64,000 nt of DNA from Candidatus Woesearchaeota archaeon (GCA_016211245.1 JACQSQ010000013.1:796-64795); one strand, 5' to 3'; shown: positions 47,358-58,436, numbered from the stretch's first letter. The notes: a model not told the origin generated them from the letters alone. Numbers and translations are program-made.

Positions 47358-47933
47358 ATGAAGAACCCAAGAAAATTGCATTTAGGATGCGGTACAGACA
47401 TAAAGAAGGGCTATTTGAATCTCGACAAAGCAAAAATAAAGGGAGCTGATGTAGTGCATGATCTGGACAAGTATCCATGGCCCTTCAAAGACAATTATTT
47501 TGACGAGGTTTACGGGCAGGATGTTATAGAGCATGTCAAGGACTTGTTCAAGTCAATGCAGGAAATCCACAGGATATGCAGCAACGGGGCAACTGTGAGA
47601 TTGGTTGTGCCATACTGGCATTCATCCGCGGCATTTTACCCAAACCACCATTATTTCTTCAATGTAGACAGCATGAAATTCTTTACAGAGCCAAACAGGA
47701 CTTATGACTCCTATCCGGGATTCAAGATGGAAAAAATAAGGTTAATCCCCTCAAGAATAGGGTGGATTATCCCCCCAATCCCGATGCCAAAATCATTATT
47801 CCCCAATGTGATAGACTTAAGGCATTTGGCCAGCTACCTTCTGGGAGAAATAATCTTGAAAATAGATTTTACCATGAAAGTCGTCAAGAACAAGAAAAAT
47901 GAGAAAAAGCTTCGTTTCAATTATAATTGTTAA
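47358..47933 (+). CDS. class I SAM-dependent methyltransferase
   Basis: LHLGCGTDIKKGYLNLD glycine-rich motif I, VIEHV acidic post-II. Confidence 0.55.
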   Translation: MKNPRKLHLGCGTDIKKGYLNLDKAKIKGADVVHDLDKYPWPFKDNYFDEVYGQDVIEHVKDLFKSMQEIHRICSNGATVRLVVPYWHSSAAFYPNHHYFFNVDSMKFFTEPNRTYDSYPGFKMEKIRLIPSRIGWIIPPIPMPKSLFPNVIDLRHLASYLLGEIILKIDFTMKVVKNKKNEKKLRFNYNC

Positions 47934-48858
47934 CTACAACGGCAAGAATTTGCTTGAAAACATGTTAAGATCGATTTCTAAATTAAGATATAGGGATTGC
48001 GAGATTATTGTTCTTGACAACAAATCAACAGATGGGAGCCAGGAATTTGTTAGAAAGCTTAGGAATGTAAAACTGGTGGAGAATCCATCCAACATGGGCT
48101 ATTCCGGCATAAATTCTGCAATCAAATATTGCAAGGGAGAGCTTATATTATTCTTGAACAATGACATGGAATTGGATTCCAATTGCCTGAAAGAGCTTGT
48201 AAAAACAATAAACTCAGACAAGAATGCTTCTATGGCTGTCCCAAGATTAGTGAATTTTTATGATAAAAACCTGAAATCAGGAGGAACATGGCTGTCTAGG
48301 GCATTTTATAATGGACATTTAAAAGCGACTGGAAACGAAAAAATAAGTGAAGTGCCTTATCTTGGAGTTGGGCTGATAAGAAAGGATTTTGTAGATTTAT
48401 TCGGTTATCTATTTGACCCTGATTACTTTATCTATGGCGAGGATGTGGATTTGGGGCTTAGGATACGATTAACAGGAAAGAAAGTGCTGTTTGACCCGAA
48501 AGCTATAATGTACCATCTGCATTCTGTAACAATGCAGAAGCAAAGCAGATCGTTTTCTACGTATTTAATGGAAAGAAATCTTCTTATAACTGCTTTCAAG
48601 AATCTTGAAATCAAGAATCTTGCTTTATTCCTCCCTTATATTAAACTGATGAGGTTTGTTGCCTTTGTCAAAGATATTCTTACCTTAAGATTTGATTTGG
48701 CATTTTCAAGATTAAGGGCAATGTTTTGGATATTATTAAATTTCAACAAGGTTTTGAGAAAAAGGAATGAGACGCAGAAATTCAGGAAATCTGACGATTC
48801 TTATATTCTGAAAGTGTTTAGCGAGAAATACATATTTAAGGAAAAGTTCAATGTTTGA
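47899..48858 (+). CDS. glycosyltransferase family 2
   Basis: VSIIIVNYNGKNLLENMLRSI, VLDNKSTDGS, NNDME, YGEDVDL. Confidence 0.75.
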   Translation: MRKSFVSIIIVNYNGKNLLENMLRSISKLRYRDCEIIVLDNKSTDGSQEFVRKLRNVKLVENPSNMGYSGINSAIKYCKGELILFLNNDMELDSNCLKELVKTINSDKNASMAVPRLVNFYDKNLKSGGTWLSRAFYNGHLKATGNEKISEVPYLGVGLIRKDFVDLFGYLFDPDYFIYGEDVDLGLRIRLTGKKVLFDPKAIMYHLHSVTMQKQSRSFSTYLMERNLLITAFKNLEIKNLALFLPYIKLMRFVAFVKDILTLRFDLAFSRLRAMFWILLNFNKVLRKRNETQKFRKSDDSYILKVFSEKYIFKEKFNV

Positions 48859-50344
48859 TTTCGTACACTATGGTGCCGGTTTCTTTGTTGGAGTAAGCAA
48901 TATTATACCCTTTTGTTTGTATGGCTTTTAATGAGTTATCGTCTAAAATGGCCCTTCTATCAAGCCAGAAATCCTGGTTTGTGAACATATACTTCGCTTT
49001 TCCCAAGTTTTCTTCGTCAAAATACAAGGAAATCCTTTCGATGTTGTAGGGAATGCACTGCCCGTTTGCTATAAACACATCATCATGATTTGTGTTTTCC
49101 TTTACCCATTTAAAGTCTTCTTTATAGAAATTCCAGTAATTTGAGGCCAGATAAGTTTTTGCGAAAGAGGTGAAGACAAAGCCCGCAGAAACCAATACTA
49201 TCAAGACTATGAAAATTTTTTTCAGAGAAACATTACTTAAAACCTTATCATACCCAAAAGCCCAGAAAACAGCCAAGGCCGGAAACCCAGGCAGAATTAT
49301 TCTTGAAACTCCGAAGCCGACATTCGGGACATAGAGCAGGAATAAGATGAAGTAAGAAAAAATCCACACGCCAAGCTTGCCTTTTTCATCAAATTTCCTG
49401 AAAAACCCAACGAACAAGGGAATGAGGAATACAAAAGTGCCGAACAGCCATATTGGGAGCAGCATTTTCATGTATTTTATGTCCAACAATGACAATAAGG
49501 TGTAGTTTCCGTCAGGCACGCCAAAAATCCCGAAATAAGTCGATATTATGAGATTCGGGCTTGCCAGCCTCTCAAACTCGAAAATACTGTATGACTTTAA
49601 TTCATAGCCCTTAAATGCAAAATTAAGGAAAGGCCAGATTGGGTTGCCCAGCAACAGCCAGTTTCTTATGAACCATGGAGAAGGTATAAGCAAAGATATT
49701 ACAATTAATATTATCGATTTTTTAAAAAATAATTTGTTGTTGGAAGTCTTTTTGTATAGGATAAACAGCAGCACAGGAATGACAAATAATCCATTGTATT
49801 TGGTTAAAATGGACAATCCAGCAGCGATTCCAGAGAGATATATCTTATCATTCATCAAGAAATATATACTCAAAACCACAAAAAACACAAGCATGCTCTC
49901 TACATAACTTAATACGCTGTAGTCGATAAAAATCGGGATGAATGCGAGGAAAATTGCCGAATAAAATGCAATTTTTGAATTTATTAATTTCTTAATAATT
50001 AAAAATGAAAATGCTAAAGACAAAATGCCGAATATCGGCGATATGAATTTGACCGCAAAGTTTGCGGCATTATGGCTAAACGAATTAAAAATGAAATAAA
50101 CGATTGCAGCAAAAATATGGTATAAAGGGGGACTCCAGAACGGCTCGTCCCTGCCTAAAGGCTCGAATAAAGGAATTTTTTTGTTCTCCGCCATGAACCT
50201 TGAGATTGACATGTACCAGCAGCCATCTCCAGAGATATGGTAGGGTGAGGTTAAAGACAGAACAATTAACGAGAAAAGAATAATTAAGTATATTGAATAT
50301 TTGGTGTATTTGTCATAGCTTTGGAATTCCTTAATCCTGCTCAT
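48848..50344 (-). CDS. GT-C fold membrane glycosyltransferase (PMT/ArnT-like)
   Basis: N-terminal DGCWYMSISRFMAENKKIPLFEPLGRDEPFWSPPLYHIFAA loop typical of family 39/83 GT-C; about 12 TM. Confidence 0.55.
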   Translation of the reverse strand: MSRIKEFQSYDKYTKYSIYLIILFSLIVLSLTSPYHISGDGCWYMSISRFMAENKKIPLFEPLGRDEPFWSPPLYHIFAAIVYFIFNSFSHNAANFAVKFISPIFGILSLAFSFLIIKKLINSKIAFYSAIFLAFIPIFIDYSVLSYVESMLVFFVVLSIYFLMNDKIYLSGIAAGLSILTKYNGLFVIPVLLFILYKKTSNNKLFFKKSIILIVISLLIPSPWFIRNWLLLGNPIWPFLNFAFKGYELKSYSIFEFERLASPNLIISTYFGIFGVPDGNYTLLSLLDIKYMKMLLPIWLFGTFVFLIPLFVGFFRKFDEKGKLGVWIFSYFILFLLYVPNVGFGVSRIILPGFPALAVFWAFGYDKVLSNVSLKKIFIVLIVLVSAGFVFTSFAKTYLASNYWNFYKEDFKWVKENTNHDDVFIANGQCIPYNIERISLYFDEENLGKAKYMFTNQDFWLDRRAILDDNSLKAIQTKGYNIAYSNKETGTIVYEIKH

Positions 50345-51348
50345 TTCAACAACCTTATTATCGCATCTGCAAATCCGTCAATATCATCTTTTTTTACCAA
50401 AATCCCATTCTTTACAATCTCAGGGTGAGAGCCTATGCCGAATGCAACAACTTTTTTGCCGCAGGCTTGTGCCTCTGCTACCGGCAGGTCAAACCCTTCC
50501 CATAATGAAGCTGTAACATACAAATTACACGCAGCATAATAGTTTGGAAGCTCTTTGTCATTTATTGATTCCTTAAATATAACGTTCTTATTTGCCGCTT
50601 CCTTCAATTCTTTATAATATCTTTTGAATGTTGGCTTTCCAGCTATTAACAGCTTTGTATTCTGCATTTCCTCATTAACGATGTCAAAGATTTTCAACAG
50701 GGTATGGATGTTTTTATGTGGCGATAATCTGCCTATGAAGAATAGCAATTTCTCTTTATCCTCAACTCTAAGCTTTTTCCTGACTGCCTTTCCGCTTAAT
50801 CCCTTTCTGTATCTTGGATCAATTTTGTTGTAGACGACCTCACTATCAATTCCCGTCTCTTTTTTTAACTCGTCTTTCAGGAATTTGCTGACTGAAACAG
50901 CTTCATCAACACTGTTTAATGACAATTTAGTGAAATAACCAAATAATTTCATGTAAATTTTTTCTAATGGATTGCTAAAAAGCTCACTATAACCAACCCC
51001 ATGATTATAATAGATATATTTTATCCCGTAATGCCTTTTCGCTTCGGAAGCAATACTATTCATTGGGTACTGATGCGAAATAATCAAATTATAATCTTTT
51101 AATTTATTGACTGCCTTGCTCATTTTTAAAAAATCTAAAAAGAAAAATAACCTGTATACTCTCTGCAGAAACAATGATTTTGGCATTCCCAGTATCTCTA
51201 ACTTGTAGCCATCGGGCTTGATATTTCCTTCAAGTGCGAAAACAGTAACTTCATTACCCTTACTACTGTACTCCTTAGCCTGCTGCTCTGCAACCCTGTC
51301 AGGGCCGCTATAGTGGGAAAATGTGGATGTAAGGATAGCCGTTTTCAT
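50341..51348 (-). CDS. glycosyltransferase family 4
   Basis: FIGRLSPHKNIHTLLKIF, EGFDLPVAEAQACGKKVVAF (EX7E). Confidence 0.8.
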   Translation of the reverse strand: MKTAILTSTFSHYSGPDRVAEQQAKEYSSKGNEVTVFALEGNIKPDGYKLEILGMPKSLFLQRVYRLFFFLDFLKMSKAVNKLKDYNLIISHQYPMNSIASEAKRHYGIKYIYYNHGVGYSELFSNPLEKIYMKLFGYFTKLSLNSVDEAVSVSKFLKDELKKETGIDSEVVYNKIDPRYRKGLSGKAVRKKLRVEDKEKLLFFIGRLSPHKNIHTLLKIFDIVNEEMQNTKLLIAGKPTFKRYYKELKEAANKNVIFKESINDKELPNYYAACNLYVTASLWEGFDLPVAEAQACGKKVVAFGIGSHPEIVKNGILVKKDDIDGFADAIIRLLK

Positions 51349-51495
51349 TATTATAGAATTTAATTGACTGGTTTAAAAATGTTGTTAAGAACAGAATGCT
51401 GCCAGTTTATCGTTAGATTTGTTTGTGACAATTTTTAATCAAAAGCTTTAAAAACATACTTCCGATTTTGCATACCAATGATTCAGCCAGATACC

Positions 51496-52701
51496 ATGAG
51501 GAAAGTCGATTACTGGTTAGGGATACCTATCTGTTTTGCGCTCACAATATGGTACAAGCTGCAAAGATTACTGGGATTGAAAAATCCAAAATATAATGAA
51601 AAGCCAAAGAATGTACTGTTTATAGAATTAGCGGAAATGGGAAGCACCGTTTTAGCTTATCCTACGATTAAAAAGCTGAAGTCAACATATCCAAATGCCA
51701 ATGCGCATTTTTTGCTGTTCAAGCACATTGATGCGAGCATGGAAATCTTGAACGTAATACCAAAAGAAAATGTTTTGACAATTGAGGTTAAGAATATTTT
51801 TACCTTGACAAGGGATACTTTAAAGCTCATGTATACCTGCAGGAAAAAGAAGGTTGATACTGTCATAAATCTTGAGATGTTTGCGAGGTACAGCACGATA
51901 TTAGGGTATATAAGCGGTGCAAGAAAAAGAGTTGGGTTTTACGGGTATGAGATGGAAGGCTTGTATATTGGAAACTTTTTAACTCATAAAGTAATTTACA
52001 ATCCGCACATCCATACGGCGCATTCCTTCATCGCATTAGTAAGGGCATTGCAGTCTCCATTAAATGAAGCCCCAATGGCCAAATACTCAATCTTGGAAGA
52101 CAAACTGGGAGTGCCAAAGATAAAATCGGATAATAAGGCAAAGGAAAACATATGGAAGAAACTAAAAGAAATAAATCCCGATGTCAATGAGAAGAAGAAA
52201 TTGATTTTGGTTAATCCAAATGCAAGCAAGCTGATAGCCATAAGGAAATGGCCGTTGGAGAATTATGCCAAATTAGTAAAAAAACTGATTGAAGATAAGG
52301 ATATTTATGTTGTTATTATCGGAGTTGTCAATGAAAAACCTGATGCAGAATTTATTGTTGATTATGTTAAAAATAAAAGAGTTCTGGATTTAACCGGAAA
52401 GACTACTTTGAAAGAACTGATTGATTTATTTAATATTGGAAAAGTTTTGGTGACAAACGATTCAGGACCTGCTCATTTTGCTTCATTGACAAACATCCAC
52501 ATAATTGTCTTTTTTGGGCCTGAAACGCCTGAATTGTACAAGCCGATGAGCGCCAATGTGACTGTCATGTACTCCCATTTTGCATGCAGCCCCTGCGTTT
52601 CTGCATACAACCAGAGATTGAGCCCGTGCAATAATAATTTGTGCCTTAAGAGCATTGATGTGGAGAGGGCTTATGGGACCGTGAGGAAGGTTGTTAAATA
52701 A
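51496..52701 (+). CDS. glycosyltransferase family 9 (heptosyltransferase-like), paralog 2
   Basis: NVLFIELAEMGSTVLAYPTIKKLK, VLVTNDSGPAHFASL. Confidence 0.75.
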   Translation: MRKVDYWLGIPICFALTIWYKLQRLLGLKNPKYNEKPKNVLFIELAEMGSTVLAYPTIKKLKSTYPNANAHFLLFKHIDASMEILNVIPKENVLTIEVKNIFTLTRDTLKLMYTCRKKKVDTVINLEMFARYSTILGYISGARKRVGFYGYEMEGLYIGNFLTHKVIYNPHIHTAHSFIALVRALQSPLNEAPMAKYSILEDKLGVPKIKSDNKAKENIWKKLKEINPDVNEKKKLILVNPNASKLIAIRKWPLENYAKLVKKLIEDKDIYVVIIGVVNEKPDAEFIVDYVKNKRVLDLTGKTTLKELIDLFNIGKVLVTNDSGPAHFASLTNIHIIVFFGPETPELYKPMSANVTVMYSHFACSPCVSAYNQRLSPCNNNLCLKSIDVERAYGTVRKVVK

Positions 52702-52773
52702 TTCTTTTGACGTCTTTAAATATAGGAAGGTTTTTAAACAGCATTCTATATTGAAAGTAATCTGGGGGTAAAA

Positions 52774-53793
52774 GTGAAGTTTAGTGCTATCGCAACTAAA
52801 GCGTCTATTGTAATTGCTGTCCTATTCCTAGCCATATCAATTTTTCTTATATTATCCAATGCGCAGCTTAAGAAGGAAATTTTCGAAGCCAAGGAAGGCT
52901 CGCAGAAGATTGAGCAGAACTTCAAGGCTCTCAAGACCAGCTACGAGCGGGTCAAGAAAGAGAGCGAAGCCCTCAAAGAGCTTAATGACATGCTTAAGAA
53001 AGAGTCCTCATCATTAAGTGCCGAGATGAAGGAAACGGAGATAGAGCTACAGAAGACGCTCGACAGGCTAAGTGATTTTCAGAGCACTGTCCAAAAATCC
53101 ATACAATGGTTTAAGGCTAATGTAAATATAGAAAACCTTTCCAAGTACGAGAAAGTCAGGAACGACCTTGCCAAATGCATCAAGACAAAAAATGAATGCG
53201 AGATTGACTTGTTATGCATAAACGAGGTAAACAAGGAAAACCATTTCAGATACAGGTATGATGGGGACACCACAGGCAAAGCGGACTTCCTGAAGGACCT
53301 GGAGCTTGTTTACAAGCAGAATGGCGGAGACTGCGAGGACTTTTCCCTGCTATTCAGGGCAGAGTATAATTACCTGCTGAACAAGTGCATGATTAATTAT
53401 ACGAGAGACAGGATATATTCTGTCACTGAAGACACGAGGATTGATGAAGACTATATGTACATAATCTGCGGCACATTTGACCCATGGCTTGGCCACTGCC
53501 TTGTTGGGCTGACAAAAAACCCTGTCGAAAGCTCGGCAGATATCTATCAAAATATCAAAGAAAGCGTGATGGTTGAGCCCCAGAACGGGCAGTTTGTCGG
53601 CTACATGAACGACACCAAGCTGGTTAAAATATTCGATGACGGAATGCCTCCGGATACGCTGCATTACCTGGACTTTGTCATAACAGATGATGATCTGAAT
53701 ATATTTTACCCATACGGGGAAACAGTCGCATGGGTCGGCTACCACGATTTTCTTGAAATATCAGAATCGCTCAAGGAAGGTGTGGAAAAATGA
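52774..53793 (+). CDS. membrane-anchored coiled-coil protein with C-terminal transglutaminase-like cysteine-protease core
   Basis: GTG start, TM, about 100 aa coiled coil, then GGDCEDFSLLFRAEY (Cys), DPWLGHC (His), downstream Asp; ATGA-coupled to next gene. Confidence 0.45.
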   Translation: MKFSAIATKASIVIAVLFLAISIFLILSNAQLKKEIFEAKEGSQKIEQNFKALKTSYERVKKESEALKELNDMLKKESSSLSAEMKETEIELQKTLDRLSDFQSTVQKSIQWFKANVNIENLSKYEKVRNDLAKCIKTKNECEIDLLCINEVNKENHFRYRYDGDTTGKADFLKDLELVYKQNGGDCEDFSLLFRAEYNYLLNKCMINYTRDRIYSVTEDTRIDEDYMYIICGTFDPWLGHCLVGLTKNPVESSADIYQNIKESVMVEPQNGQFVGYMNDTKLVKIFDDGMPPDTLHYLDFVITDDDLNIFYPYGETVAWVGYHDFLEISESLKEGVEK

Positions 53794-54926
53794 AACTGAA
53801 ACTATCCATTTTTGTAATATTTCTTTTTATTATATCATGCACCCAATCCGCAAATCAGGATGCATGCGTCCAAGGCAAGATAAAGATTGCAGGAGAATGC
53901 TGCTTTGATTCCAACAGCAATTCAATATGCGATGATCTGGAGCCAAAAAGCAATGAAGCAAAGCCAAAATCCGAGATGACAAAAGTAACAGGCGAGGTTT
54001 CCAAGCCACTCAGGCAACAATACATCAGCCTGAAAGAACTGGAAGACGGAATCAACAAGAGCTATTTTCCGATAAAAAGATACAAGTTTAAAGACGAGGA
54101 AAACAGAAATGCAACCGGAATAGAAAACACTTTTGACCTCAGAATATCAACATTGACTTACGAAATTGTCAGGTTTGGAATCCTTAAAATCAAAAAAGAT
54201 TATAACTTTCTCACAAGAGAAGAAAATTTCACAAATTTTGTCCAAAGAAGATACGATTTGAAGGTTAAAAACAACGATATTGACGCCAAATCTTATATAG
54301 ATTACAAGCAGATTGACAATGATGATTGGAATGAGGCTGATTATCTTTATGACCATAAACTAGGAGGCATAAATGTTGCCGGTAAAAAGGTGTTTCTTGA
54401 GAAGCATTTTATTCTTTGGTACGTAGATAATGGATTAAAAGACATCTCTATAGAATACAAGATTAATTTATGGTGCACTCCTGAGCTTGTTGTCGAAGTC
54501 CATGAAACTGAGACATTTGATTTCCTGCTGACATATGGAGATGCCTTCAAGGAAAACCATGTTTACATAAATGGCTTGCTTGAACAGCAAAAAAAGCCTA
54601 TGATGAAGGATGCCGAAAAAATCCTGAATGTGTGTTCAGGAAATGCACAAGCGTTGAAGTTAAAACCAGAAGAAGTCGTATTTTACGGAAAAGACGGGTT
54701 CTATCCGTCAGAAGTGAAAATGAAGGCAGGAAACAAGCTGATAATCCATAATGAAAATGACTACACCAAAGCAGAGTTCTTTACTTTTATTGGAGATAAA
54801 ACCGGCGCTTTCCTTAGCCCTCTTGTAAATTACACAACATCCGAGGAAGTGCAGATAAAACAGCCAGACACTTACACATTGCTTGTTCCCGAGTATGCAG
54901 GAAGGGTAAAAATAATTGCAGAGTAA
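53790..54926 (+). CDS. secreted lipoprotein of unknown function
   Basis: Signal peptide with lipobox-like IISC; SD-like GAAGGTG upstream. Confidence 0.45.
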   Translation: MKLKLSIFVIFLFIISCTQSANQDACVQGKIKIAGECCFDSNSNSICDDLEPKSNEAKPKSEMTKVTGEVSKPLRQQYISLKELEDGINKSYFPIKRYKFKDEENRNATGIENTFDLRISTLTYEIVRFGILKIKKDYNFLTREENFTNFVQRRYDLKVKNNDIDAKSYIDYKQIDNDDWNEADYLYDHKLGGINVAGKKVFLEKHFILWYVDNGLKDISIEYKINLWCTPELVVEVHETETFDFLLTYGDAFKENHVYINGLLEQQKKPMMKDAEKILNVCSGNAQALKLKPEEVVFYGKDGFYPSEVKMKAGNKLIIHNENDYTKAEFFTFIGDKTGAFLSPLVNYTTSEEVQIKQPDTYTLLVPEYAGRVKIIAE

Positions 54927-54990
54927 ATGGCTCGTTTTTATCTATTTCATTCAGCAAATCTTTATAAACAGATTTATTTGACTATGCTAT

Positions 54991-56598
54991 ATGAAATTAA
55001 ATAAGAAATATCTGCAGACTTTCATCTTTATACTTGTATATCTCTATGCCATTTACTTCTGGTCGCAGCCCCTGCAGGAAAGAAAACTGCCTTATGGGGA
55101 ATATGACGCGATGTCTCATTTTGAAGTGGCAGACTATATTGCCTATCATGACAAGTCATTCATGAAGCTGCCGCCCTACATTGACTTGAGGTACGGGAAT
55201 GACAACCAATTCAGGCCGCATACCTTGTGGTATCCGCCGGCATTCCACAGCTCCTTGGCAGCTGCGGAAGCGATTGGAGGGGAAAGGGTAGTGCCTGTGT
55301 TTTTGATGAATGCAATACTCTCAACTTTTATTATTATAACCGTTTATTTTGTCATAAGCTCTTTATTCGGCTTTCTGCCTGCGATTCTCTCAGCAATCTT
55401 ATTAATTTTCTCGCCAAGAGACTTCATGCCCCACTTATGGGGGCAATGGCCCGAGAGGTTTGCCTATGCCCTTATACCAATAATATTGTACTGCTTTTAC
55501 AAATATCTGGCAAGCTTTCAGCAGGAAAAGAAAGACCAAAAATACATATATTTTGCAGCGCTATTTCTTGGAATAGACATTTTAGTGCATCCATTGGCAT
55601 TCTTTCATTCTGCAGCCGGATTGCTTGTGCTTTATATATTCATGGCAATAAAGCATAGAAAAGCATTCTTTAATCTAAAACATTTGGCGATTGCAGCACT
55701 AATCTTTATTGTGTTATTCATGATGTTTCCCTACCAAACACTTGATATTTTCTCGACATTCAAGTCTAAACCAAACAGCCAAGCCCCAGCCATGGACTTC
55801 TCAAGGATGTTCAAATGGAGCCTAAACCCTGCTGATTACTCGGGAAGCGTTCCTTCAAATTATTTTTCATTTGGAGAAATGCATGGGTTATGGACAATGC
55901 CTTTTTTGTTGCTGGGCATATTATTCCTGGCTTTGAGGAGGGAAGACAAGGACATGCTGCTTTTGGCATGGCTTGTGAGCCTTTACCTTGTCTTGCACAG
56001 GGACTTTGTTGGCAAAGCAACTTTTTTGCACAGGTCCCTGTCGGCGACAGCCCATATATTCGCCCCTCTGACAGCAATCGGGGCCGTTTCCATTGCCTCT
56101 TTTGTGAGGCTTCCGGCAAACTATAAAATATATTTAAAATACGGAATAGCGGCTTTATTTGCGGCACTAGCCATTTATTTTAATTTTGCATACGCTTCCA
56201 GGGTGCTGAATAAAGACACCTATAATGATTTTTTAGGAACCTTAAACCAGCAGGAATTTGACGCAGGAAATTGGATTTTGAAGAATGCTCCTGAGCAATA
56301 CACAGTTTCTGTTTTGGGGATTCCGCACCAGGATAATTTAATAGGCGGAACAGCAAAGAAAATACGATGGTTGGCTGCTGTTTCGCAGCATGTAAGCAGG
56401 TTTTATTACCTTTATCCGGCAAATGAAACACAAAATCACCTGAAAAATGACTATTTCCTTGTTGACTACACTATGGCTTTAGCCATGAGTGATGCTGAAA
56501 CTTCCAGCAAGCTGCAGGCTTTTGAAAAAAACGAGCTTTCAGGGCATACTTTGCTTTATGATAAGGGAAACATAAAGGTGTATAAGCTTGAACCTTAA
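54991..56598 (+). CDS. polytopic membrane protein (GT-C-like candidate)
   Basis: More than 10 TM with a large extracytoplasmic C-terminal region; no motif verified. Confidence 0.35.
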   Translation: MKLNKKYLQTFIFILVYLYAIYFWSQPLQERKLPYGEYDAMSHFEVADYIAYHDKSFMKLPPYIDLRYGNDNQFRPHTLWYPPAFHSSLAAAEAIGGERVVPVFLMNAILSTFIIITVYFVISSLFGFLPAILSAILLIFSPRDFMPHLWGQWPERFAYALIPIILYCFYKYLASFQQEKKDQKYIYFAALFLGIDILVHPLAFFHSAAGLLVLYIFMAIKHRKAFFNLKHLAIAALIFIVLFMMFPYQTLDIFSTFKSKPNSQAPAMDFSRMFKWSLNPADYSGSVPSNYFSFGEMHGLWTMPFLLLGILFLALRREDKDMLLLAWLVSLYLVLHRDFVGKATFLHRSLSATAHIFAPLTAIGAVSIASFVRLPANYKIYLKYGIAALFAALAIYFNFAYASRVLNKDTYNDFLGTLNQQEFDAGNWILKNAPEQYTVSVLGIPHQDNLIGGTAKKIRWLAAVSQHVSRFYYLYPANETQNHLKNDYFLVDYTMALAMSDAETSSKLQAFEKNELSGHTLLYDKGNIKVYKLEP

Positions 56599-56917
56599 AA
56601 ACGAATCAAAGGAAATATTGATTTTTGCATCAATTGCGCTATTAACAGCTTTAGCCTTCTCATTTTGGCTTTTCAGCTTGACAGGACTTAAAGTTGCATT
56701 GGCGATTATTATAGGATTTTTGCCATTTTACATATTCCTCAATGCATTAAGCCTGGAAGAAGGCGAGAAGATAGTCTTTTCATTATTGCTTGGGATTACA
56801 TTGTTCCCGTCTATTGCATTTCTTTTAGGATTTTTAATGCCTTTCAGGCTTTCAATGGCAGTTGCTTTTGCAGCCTTGGCAGCAGCGGCATTTGCGGCTG
56901 CAAAATTCAGGAAATAG
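56588..56917 (+). CDS. small 3-TM membrane protein
   Basis: Hydrophobicity only. Confidence 0.25.
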   Translation: MNLKNESKEILIFASIALLTALAFSFWLFSLTGLKVALAIIIGFLPFYIFLNALSLEEGEKIVFSLLLGITLFPSIAFLLGFLMPFRLSMAVAFAALAAAAFAAAKFRK

Positions 56918-56921
56918 GAAG

Positions 56922-58061
56922 ATGACATACCATCAAAAATCAGGGATTTTAAGCAATATGCTCCTGTTATTTGCCTCAATGGCGGTTTTTCTTGTATTAC
57001 TGGAAATATTTGTCAGGGTTTTTGGAATAGCCCCCCAATACGGTCCCTTAAAGATGTTCGAGAAAGACGAGCAGCTTGATTTCAGGATGATCCCGAATTT
57101 CAAGGGAAAATTTGTGAAGCAGGAGTTCGAGATAGAGATACACACAAATTCCTATGGATTGAGGGATGAGGAATATTCCGGCAAAAAGCCGAATGACTAC
57201 AACATACTTGCTTTGGGGGACTCATTTACATGGGGGGCATATGGCACGGAATTAAACCAGACATTTGCCAAGATTCTTGAGAAAAAGCTGAACGACAACT
57301 CAAAAAGCATTGATTACCGCGTCATAAATGCAGGCGTGCCAAGCTACGGCACGGACCAGCAACTGGCATACCTTAAAACTCACGGCAAAAAATTTGAGCC
57401 GGACATGGTTTTGCTGAATTTTTTTGTGGGGAATGATTTTTTCGACAATGCCCAAAAAAACGAGCTGACAGTGAAGAGCAATCTATTGGTTACAAACAAG
57501 CTTGAGCTCGGAAAGACGGAGAAATTAAGAAACTTCCTGCTGCTGAATTTTCATTCTTACAGGATAATCGAGAAAGGGACGACAAGCCTTTTTGCCAATT
57601 TCATCCAGAAAAACATAAAGGGAAAAATACAATACTGGGAAAAAGAAGCGGAATTGTTTATCAAGCCTTTAAATGAGGATGCAAAAAAACAATTTGAAAT
57701 GACAAGAGAAATTCTGGACGAGATGAACTCTTACCTCAAACCAAGGAATATAAAATTTGTCATTGCTGTAATACCCCTGAATTACCAGGTTAACGACGAT
57801 TTAAAGCAGTCATTTATAAAAAATAACCTTGGTGATAAGGAATTTGACATTGAGCAGCCGCAGAAAGTCATAACAGAATGGGCAAAGGAAAACAATATTT
57901 TTGTTATTGACTTGCTGCCTTATTTGGCAGAACTGGAAAAAGACCACGACTTATACTGGAAATTAAATGCTCACTTTAACGTTGAAGGGAATGAAGCTGT
58001 TGCAAACATAATATTTGAGAATTTATCCAATAACAAAGCGTTAGTAACGAGAGCAAAATAG
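56922..58061 (+). CDS. membrane-anchored SGNH/GDSL hydrolase-type protein (paralog 4 of 4)
   Basis: Start at ATG 56922 (MTYHQKSG); ILALGDSFTWGAYG, MVLLNFFVGNDFF, NAHFNVEGNEAVA. Confidence 0.7.
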   Translation: MTYHQKSGILSNMLLLFASMAVFLVLLEIFVRVFGIAPQYGPLKMFEKDEQLDFRMIPNFKGKFVKQEFEIEIHTNSYGLRDEEYSGKKPNDYNILALGDSFTWGAYGTELNQTFAKILEKKLNDNSKSIDYRVINAGVPSYGTDQQLAYLKTHGKKFEPDMVLLNFFVGNDFFDNAQKNELTVKSNLLVTNKLELGKTEKLRNFLLLNFHSYRIIEKGTTSLFANFIQKNIKGKIQYWEKEAELFIKPLNEDAKKQFEMTREILDEMNSYLKPRNIKFVIAVIPLNYQVNDDLKQSFIKNNLGDKEFDIEQPQKVITEWAKENNIFVIDLLPYLAELEKDHDLYWKLNAHFNVEGNEAVANIIFENLSNNKALVTRAK

Positions 58062-58436
58062 CTATTTTCTTAAATTAAATGCAATTCCTGCCAAAACCAG
58101 TGCTGCCGGCAACAAAATTCCATGGTATTTGATATTTAGCCCAATCAAGCCAAGATAATAGCTCAAAATTCCTATGACTGCAGCTGACAAAGCAATTCCA
58201 ATCACGAATCTTTCAAGGAAATCCAGCTTTTCTTCCCAATAAATCATTATACAATAGCCCGGAAGAACAAAAAGCCAGAATAACGATAAGGCAAATCTTA
58301 ACGAGACAATGAAGCTATCTTTATAATATATGATTTTTAGTATAATCAAACCTATCAAAAACAATATTCCAATGTACACTGATTCTTTCTTGACTACTTC
58401 AAAAATTTCTTTGCTCAATGCAATCAGCTCCAACAT
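58062..58436 (-). CDS. small 4-TM membrane protein
   Basis: Hydrophobicity only; overlaps start region of upstream gene. Confidence 0.3.
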   Translation of the reverse strand: MLELIALSKEIFEVVKKESVYIGILFLIGLIILKIIYYKDSFIVSLRFALSLFWLFVLPGYCIMIYWEEKLDFLERFVIGIALSAAVIGILSYYLGLIGLNIKYHGILLPAALVLAGIAFNLRK

